DNA of 64,000 nt from Macrostomum hystrix. Taxonomy: Eukaryota > Animalia > Platyhelminthes. A program made the translations under genes and the position numbers. Location of the stretch: assembly GCA_950097015.1 (NCBI GenBank), contig CATNEN010000031.1, positions 1-64,000 on the forward strand, written 5' to 3'. The notes below the pieces were generated by a model that worked only from the letters and a program-made list of their open reading frames with translations, had not been told where the DNA came from and did not search any database. This document shows, piece after piece, positions 37,024 through 47,479 of this stretch. The stretch's first letter is position 1. Every line of letters starts with the position of its first letter.

Positions 37024-39021
37024 GGAGCTTATTGGCCACACATATAAACATACATATTGGCTGACATCAAATAACATAAAGACGATTTCTACTCAACCGA
37101 TAATAAAAGCACTTATATACTTACAGTAAGGCTATGAAGCAAAGCATTACGAGCAAGCTATGTACTAGAACTGTAAGGTAAATGTAACCTAGAAAATGTA
37201 CTGCTAAAGGAATTAAATGGAGCGCAATATACTGAAAATCATAACAACAGTAGCCGACGTAAGTATTTCATGACATTACTTTCTTTCCGGTAACTTATTG
37301 CAGAAATACATTAATTCAAACCGAGTTACGTACACGAAAACCTAGACTGGTTGCAAAACTGTAGTCGCAAAGCAGGTTGCAAAGCCGCAGGAGATGCGGA
37401 ACCGGGGTTTCAGTTTGCAAGAAGCCAGGAATATTTTGTGCTTAGCCCACCGACCCTCGGGCTGGCCGGGACCCTTCTCCACAGCGGCTGATGCAAGAGT
37501 CAACACGGCCCGTTCGGGGGGGTCCGCCGCTAGAAGTAAAATATTAGGTAGAGCTTGTAGACCCTACTGACTTTAATTTTGCAATATGCATATAACGATT
37601 CCTGATCTATACACAGATGTCATAGCGTGAGATTAGTAAAATTACACTATCCTGGTCAAGAGCATCTAGACTAGAATGCTAGAATGCTGAAATGAATGCC
37701 CCAGGTGGTGTTTTGACCTGACAACAACCTGCCTTTCGGACTGAAAACAAGGATGTCGCCTGGGTGGATCTCAAACGGCCGGACAGGTACATTTGGAAGC
37801 ATGTGAAACAGCATTGTCAAGATGCTGTCGTTATATTATGGCAAAGATCGTGCAATTTTTAGATTGGGCATTCGTTTTCTAAATCAAATCCAGCTCGTTT
37901 AAAAAAATATGCACAGTTAAACTATCTTGAATCTGCTGAGAAGCGTCTTAACAACTCACAAAGTTTCTGGTCATTGTTGTTTGACTTAAAACGTTCCAGA
38001 AAGTTATTTTTAAATCCAATTTTGATTTTGTTCTTAATCGCACACTATACTTGACCACAAAGCTCGTATATACATTTTGTTTGCTACTTTCTAATTCTAA
38101 AATTATAAATAGCGTGCTTCAGAGCATATCGTTAGTGTATCCGATAACCATAGTATTTAGTTAATTGCATCTGCTTCTGACCTTCACCTAAAGTTTTGCT
38201 GGCAAATAGACTAATTTGTCAGAAAATGTCAATACGAGTATACAAGCGAGCGCCTGAAGTGTTTTCAAATAAACATTTGGTTGTCAGTCAAACCATGCGG
38301 CACAAGTACGAGCTAAGTGTCATTCAGGACAGCTTCAAGTTTTGTTGACAACTAACAATAAACATTATAATTGACACTTCAAATTCTCTTCATCAAGAAT
38401 TTCCTTATCTGTGTGCTTCCGATCCAGAAGTTACTGTCGTGGCCTCATAGATTCAGGCCTTAAACAATGAAACTTTCACACTGCATTAAATATAAATACT
38501 TATCTAGGAATTTAGCTAGGAATGCTTTTGAGGTGGATAACAATGCTTTAGCTAGCAGGAATATTGGCATATTGTTTGACGGACATTATTACCTCAGAGG
38601 GTCTAGGAAATATTTTTAATGCCAGCGCGACTATGGCAAAATTAAATTATATGCCGTGAACCCGGAACCTATCTAAGCAAAAATGCTAACACTGTTAGTC
38701 GTCAATATAGGAGGTAAAACTAAATGTGATAATAGAAGATTTGCAGAATAGAATTCGAAGGCCAGAAAATATTTTTATAACAAGTGAGAGCTCTACCCTA
38801 AATAGAACAGAGAGAAAACACTAGCATTGCATGCAAAATTACGTAGTTGACTAATTTGACGTAAGTTGACGTAGTTGAAGTGAAACTATTCGAACTTTTG
38901 AATCACAATTCGCAAATACGAGACAATCAACAAATCGCGCCATGGGAACATTGGGAAGGGACGGACTCGAAATCCCTTGCCTCCCCTTTCTCTCACCCGC
39001 TGGACACCGCATTCTTCTCCC

Positions 39022-39139
39022 CCTATTGGCCAAGCTTTCCGCGCCACGCCACACAGACTGGCTCTTCATCTCGGTGTCAACCGAGAACCCGCATAATTAT
39101 TTATTGTGTTTCTGTGTTAGTTAATTCAACAACAGAACA
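39022..39139 (+). repeat. 5' LTR R/U5 segment of Gypsy element (ends in CA; upstream U3 not homologous to 3' LTR)
   Basis: cctattggcc...acaacagaaca matches 46090-46204 (5 substitutions, 2 indels) and is immediately followed by the PBS. Confidence 0.85.
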
Positions 39140-39140
39140 T

Positions 39141-39151
39141 TGGCGACGAGG
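39141..39151 (+). promoter_or_regulatory. Primer binding site (TGGCGACGAGG)
   Basis: TGG-starting motif 1 nt after the LTR-terminal CA and directly before the gag ATG (39152). This is a common Gypsy PBS sequence. Confidence 0.8.
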
Positions 39152-40337
39152 ATGGCGGCTAGCATCCCTGCACCCACGCCCTTCCTGGCGAACTGCGGAT
39201 CACTGACAGTACCATGGAACCGCTGGATTGAGGCCTTTGAATTTTACTACGAGGCGGCCCAATTCAAGGGAAGGAAGAGGCGAAACCTCTGAAGAAGAGC
39301 CTTCTGCTCCATCTGCTTGGATTCGAAGGTCAGCGGGTTGCTCGAGCACGCCAAGCAATCAAGGAGAACGACACGTTCGCAGCAACTAAGACGGGGCTCG
39401 AGAAGATCTTCGGCGAGAAGCCCAACATGATGGTGGCCAGATATCGCTTCCGCCAGCGCCAGCAGCTACCCGGCGAGGACGTCAAGACCTTCGTGGCAGC
39501 CCTGAGGGAGCTGACGGAGCTGTGCAACTACGGCGCGATACAGGATGATCTCATCAGAGACCAGCTGGCTGAGAAGACCATCAACCCCAGAATTCGAGAG
39601 AGGCTGCTGACGGAGAAGGTGGAGGACCTCAACCTGGCGAAAGCGCTCAGCATCGCGGTCTCCATCGAGGAAGCCTCCAAAGAAGCCAAGGCGATGGCAC
39701 CATCAATCTCGAGCACGGCGGCTGCCGTCCAATCGATCAGAAAACAGCAGAGGAGCCAGAAGGTCGCTGCAAAGGGGAGGCACCGCCCAGCACCAGCTGG
39801 CAGGACAGCCAAACCCGGAGGCGAATGCACACGCTGCGGGCGAGGCCACGGACCGACGGCCCCCTGTCCGGCCAAGGGCAAGACATGCGACGCCTGTGGC
39901 AAGAAGAACCACTTCCGAAGTTGCAGTCGCAGCCAGCAGGCTGCTGTCAATGCTGCGGACGAGGTGATCACAGTCTACGCAGTGCCGGGTGGCGACAGGG
40001 AGGTCCGGGCGACGCTGGAACTCGGACAGGACAGGACCGCTGTCAGCCTGATGGTAGACTGCGGCGCAAAGGTGTCGCTGCTGTCCCGACAGACCACCGA
40101 CCGGATCTCAGGTGCAGTCACCTCTCGCACTACGACGAAGCTGCGTGCCTACGGCGGACTACCGATCCAGCTGAGCGGGGTCACCGAGCTGGAGGTGCGC
40201 TATGGTGATAAGGCGATGCAGCACCGGTTCTTCGTTGCGCCAGGCGGCGACAAAATCATCAGCAGACATTTGATGGAGAAGCTGGGCTTCCGAGTCGACC
40301 TGAGCGGGCAGCTGCCCGGAATCGCGGAGGTCAGCAA

Positions 40338-40433
40338 CCTGACGGCGGACTTGCAGGCGCGGTACCCAGTGACCTTCAGCGGCAAGTCCTGATGGCGGAC
40401 TTGCAGGCGCGGTACCCAGCGACCTTCAGCGGC
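40338..40433 (+). repeat. 50-bp-period tandem duplication within Gypsy pol (frameshifting)
   Basis: cctgacggcggacttgcaggcgcggtacccagtgaccttcagcggc (40338) is repeated as cctgatggcggac...cagcgaccttcagcggc (40388). Confidence 0.92.
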
Positions 40434-43400
40434 GCGATAGGATGCTGCGCCGGCGCTGTACACCAGCCCAAGGTCGACCCGGCGGTGCGACCCGTCCAGC
40501 AGCTACTCTGCCGCCTGCCCCTCATGCGACAGGAGCAGGTCGGTGCCGAACTCGACAAGATAGAGAAGGACGGCATCATCGAGCGAGTCAACGCTAGCGA
40601 GTGGGTCTCCAATCTAGTGGTGACGGCGAAGAAGGATGGCAGCATTCGAATCTGCGTCGACGTTCGCGAGCCGAACAAGGCACTGATCGTCGACAAGCAC
40701 CCGATGCCACAGCTGGACAAGATCAAGAAAGGCAGCGGCCGAGTGTTCAGCAAGATTGATCTGAAGTCTGGCTACATGCAGATGCAGCTGCACTAATCGA
40801 GCCGCAATCTGACAGCCTTCATCACGCACAAGGGTCTCTTCCGCTATCGCCGAGTCCCATTCGGCCTGGCATCAGCACCAGCTGCCTTCCAGCGCATGTT
40901 CGACGATCAAGCCGCCGACCTCGACGTATAGTGGAGCACATCCTGGACGACTTCATCGTGTATGGGCGCAGCGAGGAGGAGCACGATCGACGACTGGAGA
41001 AGTTGCTCCAGCGCCTCGAGGACAAGGGCATGACTGTGAACACGCAGAAGTGCGCCTTCAAGCAGAGAGAGGTCGAATTCTTCGGATTCGTGTTCTCGGA
41101 GGCCGGCATCCGGCCAACGGAGTCAGCCACAGCGGCCATTAGGGACATCCGGCAGCCCGGAGATCAGAAGTCATTCTGAAGTCATTCCTAGGCGCCGCCA
41201 ACTTCCTGATGCGCTTCGTGCCGCACTACGCCGACGTCACAGAGCCTCCTTAAGGCCGACGCCAACTTCGACTGGACGCCGTAGTGCCAACGGGCGTTCG
41301 AGGCAGTGAAGGACGCCATCAGCAAGGCACCGACGCTCGCCCACTTCGACCCGAAGGCCGACACTATCGTCACCACGGACGCCAGCGCCAAGGCCATCGG
41401 AGCCCAGCTGTCGCAGATACAGGACGGCGTCGGGCGACCTGTCGCCTTCGCCACCCGAGCGCTGACGACGACGGAACAGCGCTACGCTGCGAACGAGCGC
41501 GAGGCACTGGCGAGCCTCTAGGCGATTCTACCTCTACGGTCGCCACTTCGAGCTGCGCACAGATCATCACGCGCTACAACAGCTGCTTCTGGGACCGGCC
41601 ACTACGGATCCACAGGTGGTGCGAGCAGCTGCTTCAGTACGACTTCCACGTGCGCTACCTGCCAGGAAACAGCAACTACGTTGCCGATCTGCTGTCCAGG
41701 TGGAGCAGCGGACACTCTGCCCGACACTCCAGGCCCGAGAGTCAAGGTGGTCACCCTGGAAGCACTTACCTCAGGGACCGCAGCTGACGAGACACTGAGG
41801 ACAGCCATCAAGAGCGTCATCAGCGGCCGGTGGCCAGCTGACATCGATGACGCCGAGCTGCGGGCTCTCTGGAAGGTGCGCGAACAGCTCAGCGTCTGGA
41901 ACAACGGCGACTGCCTCGCCTTCCAGGAGAGAGCGGTCATCCCGGAGTCTCTCCGCGGCCAACTTCTCGAGCAGGCTCACGAAGGGCACCAGGGCATCGT
42001 GCGCATCAAGCAGGCGCTCCGCGACTCAGTCTGGTGGCCCGCCATGGACAAGGCTGTCGAGACCTTCGCGCGACACTGCGCAGCGTGCGAGACAGCCGAG
42101 ATGAACTTCAAGGTCAATCCGGCTCGGCTCAAGACCATACACTGGCCAGATTCGCCATGGGCAGAGATCGCCGTGGACATAGTCGGAGAGCTGCAGGCGG
42201 CGCCAGTCTCCTGCCGGTACCTTATCGTCGTGACTGACTTGCAAAGTAAGTGGCCGGAGGTCATCCCGACGGCCAGCATCACCACGGAGACCATCTGCCG
42301 AGCGATGCGCAGCCTGTTCGCAAGGTGTGGCTGTGCGAGAAGGTGCTGACGGACAACGGGCCGCAGTTCGGCAGCGAGTTCTCGGACTTCCTGGCCGAGC
42401 AGGGCATCCGGCACGTCAAGACCAGCCTCTACCATCCGCAGACCAACGGCCAGACAGAGCGTCTCAATCGGTCGCTGCTCGCCAGCATCAGAGCGGCCAT
42501 GGCGGAGAACAGGCCGTTTCAAGACGCCGTGACCGACTTCCTATCTGCCTACCGGAGCTCCAAGCACAGCCTGACAGGAAAGTCACCGGCCGAGCTCATG
42601 CTGGGTCGGACGTGGCGCACCGCGATCACCATGCTGTCTCCCGGAGAGGGGAAGACAATGACCGAGGCGACGCCTCAGGCACTGCGGCAGCAGATCGAGG
42701 CGCAGCAGCTGCGGATCAAGGCCTACACCAACGCCAGGCGAAGGGGCCGCCCCGAAATGTTCCACCCCGGCGAGTGGGTGAGAATCCGACGGCCCACCAA
42801 GAAGGGCAAGCTGGGCACCCGCCTCTCACAACCACTCCAAGTGCTCTGTCAGGTGGGACACCACGCGTTCGAGCTCAGCGACGGCACCAGATGAAACCAG
42901 CAGCGGCTGATCCGAACGCCGCACCCGGCGCAGCCGAGAGAGCGGTTCGACCCACTGGTGGACTCGGCGCCAACGACCGGAGCCGGCACGGCGGCACCGG
43001 TGGCACCGGCGGCACCGGCGGCGTAGCCCCCGGCAGGAACAGCAGCGCCCCGCCGATCTGAGCGAGCCAGGCACCAGCCGATGCGCTACATCAGGGGTGG
43101 GCAAACTCCGGCCCGCGGGCCAGAACCGGCCCACAAAGGCCTGGAGTCCGGCCCGCAAGCCTACCTGGCTTTGAGCATACAATCTGGCCCGCCTAGGTTC
43201 CAGCCAAACAATTGACACTATTTCAGCCTGACAATCCTCTTCCTATGGCACGCACATCCCTTTCCCCACCCTCCAACGCTTTGCTCGTGTCACTATCTTG
43301 TACGGACCAGACTATTTTATAGTCCTGGGGAGGCAGTCTTTTTCACCAATTCACCAATCTCTCTCCAATAGCCAAACCCTCCCCAACCAGCCACAGTCAA

Positions 43401-43631
43401 ACCCACAGTAAGAAATCCAACCCCCGCTAAAATGTTATTATTGTTATTATGTTATTAATGATCCCAGTCCCTCCTGTCCCAAACTGTACATTGATCTTTA
43501 TCTTTGTATCTTCCAATCTGCCCTGTACAAGAGACCCCAGCTTTTCGAAATAAAGTGGCAGTCACACATTGCTTAACTCGTTTCTTTTGGTTGCTAAAAC
43601 GAATTACTCCTTGTCAGCTCTACTACTTGTC

Positions 43632-45452
43632 ATGTCTGCGCCTCCAACTTCTAAGAAGAGGAAAGTGGACCTCGAGCGACGCATTTTCAACCCTGAATGG
43701 CAGGAAAAGTATTTTTTCATCGAGCGCTTTGGACAGGCTCAGTGCCTAATCTGCCTAAAGACAGTGGCCGTCCTCAAGGAGTTCAATGTGCGCCGCCATT
43801 GGGAAGCAGATCACCAAGCATCAATGTATGCGCAAATGTCTACTGCCGAGAGGAAAGAGGCCGTTATTCGACTGTCAGGCAACCTGCAAAAAGCGACTTC
43901 TCTCTTCCGCAAGCAAACTGCTGAGGCTGACAAGGTGACACGAGCCAGTTACGAGGTCTCCAGCCTCCTTGCTCGCCGGATGAAGCCATTCTCGGATGGT
44001 GACTTCATCAAGGAGTGCGTCCTTGCTGTGGTGAACCATCTCTGCCCAGAGCAGCGTTCCGTCTTTGAGAGTGTGAGCCTTTCATCCCGCACCATTCGTC
44101 GCCACATTGAGGAGATGTCAGACAATGTGCAGATCTCACTGAAGACCCGCTGCTCAACTCTTGATGTTTTCTCCCTAGCTCTGGACGAGAGCACCGATGC
44201 GAAGGACACAGCCCAGCTGGCCATTTTCATCCGCGGGGTCACTGCTGATCTCCAAGTGTGTGAGGAGTTCCTGCAACTTGTTCCGTTGCGTGGCACCACA
44301 ACTGGACAGGACATCTTTAGCGCCACACTTCAGTGTGCTGAGCAGCACTCACTCGACCTCTCCCGCCTAGTGTGCATCACAACTGATGGTGCTCCTGCGA
44401 TGGTTGGGGGGAAGAAGGGCGCTGCTTCACTGCTAGTACGCCACTGTGAGGCTGTAGGATACACTCAGCCCATCCAAAAACTGCACTGCATCATCCACCA
44501 GGAGTCCCTGTGTGCCAAGTCCGCCAATCTTGTTGACGTCATATCTGTTGTAGTGACGGCTGTCAATTCTATCCTCTCCCGCAGCCTTAACCACCGCCAG
44601 TTCCAAGTGCTTGTGGATGAGGTGAACGCACACTATGGTGACCTGCTCTTCTTCTGTGAGGTCCGCTGGCTGAGTCGTGGGGCCATGTTGTCTCGTGTGT
44701 GCGACCTGCAGCACGAGATTGCCACCTTCCTCTCTCAGAAGAACCATCCCTGTGCTGAGCATTTCTCTGATCCGCGATGACTTGCTCGCCTGGCCCTGCT
44801 CACGGACATCACTACGCACCTGAATGCCCTCAATGTGAAGCTGCAAGGCAAGGACACTCTCGTGACAGACATGCATGCACACTTCACTGCCTTTGAGGTT
44901 AAACTGCGTTTGTGGGAAGCTCAGCTGACTGCCGGCCAGTTTGCGCACTTTCCTCGCCTTGCTTCTTGTGCCTCTGGCGATGTTGACCTGGACACGTGTG
45001 TCAGTGTCATCACTTCTCTGCGAGAAGAGTTCGCCTCCCGTTTCACAGGAGTCAGGTTGCTGGCTGCGGACTTCAGGCTGTTCACCGCTCCCTTCGACTT
45101 CCTTGTGGACGACGCCCCTGCTTCTCTGCAGATGGAGCTGGTGGAGCTGCAATGCAACGATGAATTGAAGGCGAAGTTCCGCACCTCTTCTCCGCTGGCT
45201 TTCTTCCGCGACGTCATTGTCCCTTCTCACAGGCTTCCTAACTACATTGCACATGTTCAGCGCATTGTGGCAATGTTTGGCAGCACCTACTGCTGCGAGC
45301 AGCTCTTCTCCAAGATGAACTTCACAAAGTCTCGCCTTCGCTCCCAACTGTCTGACCGCCATCTCAACGATATCCTTTTGCTGTCAACCTCATCCATTGA
45401 GCCTGACATTGAGTCCATTGTTCGTGGCAAGCAGCACCACCCTTCTCACTAA
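43632..45452 (+). pseudogene. hAT transposase (606 codons) with a single in-frame nonsense codon
   Basis: MSAPPTSKKRKVD..FNPEWQEKYFF, BED-like CLIC..RRHW..H, LALDESTD (D), ITTDGAPAM (D), HCIIHQE, VRWLSRG and FGSTYCCEQLFS (E). TGA at 44778-44780 sits where W is expected (DPR*LARLALLTDIT), and the frame continues to 45452. Confidence 0.93.
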
Positions 45453-45476
45453 TTCAAATGTTTCCATGTACGCGTT

Positions 45477-45548
45477 TTCATGGTCATGGTCATATCATGG
45501 TCATTTCATGGTCATTTCATGGTCATTTCATGGTCATTTCATGGTCAT
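45477..45548. repeat. 11-bp tandem repeat (tttcatggtca) in hAT 3' region
   Basis: About 6 copies of tttcatggtca and variants. Confidence 0.85.
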
Positions 45549-45924
45549 ATAGGGTGCAACATGTTGCAATTGTATTGCATTGCCAGCTTTTTGTCTGTAA
45601 TAATAATTTGTAACTGTATTAACTGTAATCTCACTTTTTAACTCCTCAAGTGTATCAAATGCATTAATTTTGCCCTTTTGTGTAATCCATATCACCTATT
45701 CATTTAAGAATAAAACAAAACAGTTGGCACATTCATTGCATGCATTGTAATAATCAAATATTTTTGATTATTTACAGTCTGGCCCGCGAGCCATTCCTAG
45801 ATATCTCAACTGGCCCTCACTCCAAAAAGTTTGCCCGCCCCTGCGCTACATGAACTGCCGCTGGGACTGATTGATTAAAGGGAAGCTTGAGGACTGTTGG
45901 ACTCTTTCATGGAGGGGAAGATTT

Positions 45925-46204
45925 TGTGTATTGCAAATGCATGCAACGCGCAGGGATAGTTCGGAGACAGGGTTTCTAGAAACTTCCACAGCAGGACTTG
46001 TTTACGCATATTTCCAGAAGTTTCCTCTCCCCGTCTTTCTAGAATCTAGAACCTTATTTCCCCGCGTGCATAAATATACGACCCGCCCTCCTATTGGCCC
46101 AGCTTTCCGCGCCACGCCACACAAGACTGTCTCTTCGTCTCGGTGTCAACTGAGAACCCGGATAATTATTTATTGTGTTTCTGTGTTAGTTCAACAACAG
46201 AACA
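45925..46204 (+). repeat. 3' LTR of Gypsy element (TG...CA, ~280 bp)
   Basis: Starts TGTG just after the purine tract 45911-45921, has a TATA-like cataaata at 46069-46076, and its R/U5 matches 39022-39139. The exact start is inferred. Confidence 0.75.
45973..46025. promoter_or_regulatory. Two perfect three-unit heat-shock elements (nTTCnnGAAnnTTCn) in LTR U3
   Basis: tTTCtaGAAacTTCc at 45973-45987 and tTTCcaGAAgtTTCc at 46011-46025, plus a partial TTCtaGAA at 46037-46044, all upstream of the TATA-like box. Confidence 0.65.
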
Positions 46205-47479
46205 ATTTTACTTTATATAATAAAGCACCTTTTCCCCTAATAGGGGGCATGGGATTAAGAAGAGAGACCTTGTTTCCTAATATCCAAATATACAGATAAA
46301 ATATTTGTTTATCAATACAGTTCAGAAATGCAGTTTATTGCATTATCAATATCTTCTGTTAGGAAAAATACCCAGAAGCAAATCTATAGACAATATAATG
46401 CACACAATTAGACTGGCGGTAGCTAGGTCAATGAATACTATTATTCACAGCCTGTTTCTGTTATTGATAAAGTTCATATAATTTAACGAGTCACGCTTAT
46501 TAAAAAACTAAGCTATGCAGCTTTGCTGTAAACTCAGAACAGTGCTGTAGTAGCAAATTATCAGTATACAAGCTAAAAAGCCAGTCCGTCTGTTAAAACA
46601 CTATTACACCCGTGTTACACTCCGTAAAGCCAAATCTGCGTTACAACACGAGCCTACAAAGCGGTACTCTGCGCGCAGCGGCGTATTGATACGCGCAGCT
46701 TATAGCTTTCAAAGCCAATACAACGCTTTTATGTGGGGCAAACGTCGAACGTGCTGCTATATATAAATACGTGCTGAAATATAAATATAAAGCATGCTGC
46801 TTATGCTGCTTAACAGGACAACTAATCTAACATAATGTATGTTTAGGCTAGTGAAAGCTTAAGCCAGTAATTATACAATTAGGCTATCGTATAATTGGAA
46901 TTGGCTGTTGCTAATTCTATTTTTAGTACTAGCACTAATAGTAGCTAGGCTGAGCTAGTTGAATATGACTATTCAAAAGGATATTAGACAATAGCAAAAA
47001 ATTATATATCATATATCGACTATAGCTTTAGGTATAGCTTGCTTATGTGCTTCTGTGTACTGTGTAGCCTAGCTAAAATATGTTTAGTGTATATATATAT
47101 ATAGGCCTATATATATATATATATAACTGCTATACAGCATTATAGCCTACTTCAAAACCACTTTCACAATTGATAATCATAGGCCTGACAAATATAACTA
47201 GATTCAATGCAAGTACACCAGTATTTAAATAAACTGACTAGTCTAAATGAAATTCTCTTGGTAGCTATTGATATGAAAAATGTTTTGATATACCTAAATA
47301 CCTAAAAATAGCTAAAGGTCCCTACCTATATAAATGTTCTTTTTATTGACTGACAAAATGTATATAATTATATTGATCTAGCTCCTGATCTATTATGTCT
47401 TGTAAATCTATTATGTCTACTAGCAAAATAAAAAGAAACATTATTGCCAGCTAGCTAGTTACTATCCTAAAGGCTTTCC

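Larger units (their letters stand above)
43092..45843 (+). mobile_element. hAT DNA transposon, Buster/Charlie (SPIN-like) family, 2752 bp, full length
   Basis: 16-bp TIRs caggggtgggcaaact / agtttgcccgcccctg (1 mismatch). Perfect 8-bp TSD cgctacat (43084-43091 and 45844-45851) with central TA. Clustered GGCCCG subterminal repeats at both ends. Confidence 0.97.
39022..46204 (+). mobile_element. Decayed Ty3/Gypsy LTR retrotransposon (gag-PR-RT-RH-IN) interrupted by a hAT insertion; true 5' end lies upstream of 39022
   Basis: Gag PTPFL..VPWNRWIEAF; Zn knuckles CTRCGRGH..C and CDACGKKNH; protease LMVDCGAKVSLL; RT WVSNLVV..KKDGSIRICVD, FSKIDLKSGY, LDDFIVYG; RH TDASAKAIGA, YAANEREAL, NYVADLLSR; IN AHEGHQG..WWP..C..C, AVDIVG, TDNGPQF, YHPQTNGQTER. 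There are many stops and frameshifts. A PPT-like ggaggggaaga lies at 45911-45921. Confidence 0.95.

Noticed and set aside
38700-39021. 5' LTR start and target-site duplication for the Gypsy element
   Set aside because: No TG start preceded by a copy of the 3' flank (attt/atttt) could be placed with confidence.
39528-45362. Long antisense or alternate-frame ORFs over Gypsy, hAT and Crypton genes (e.g. 44433-45362, 33765-34367, 42327-43061)
   Set aside because: They are shadows of GC-rich TE coding strands, with no independent motifs.
46218-46229. aaagcacctttt identical to a satellite 12-mer
   Set aside because: An isolated AT-rich 12-mer with no flanking similarity is expected by chance.
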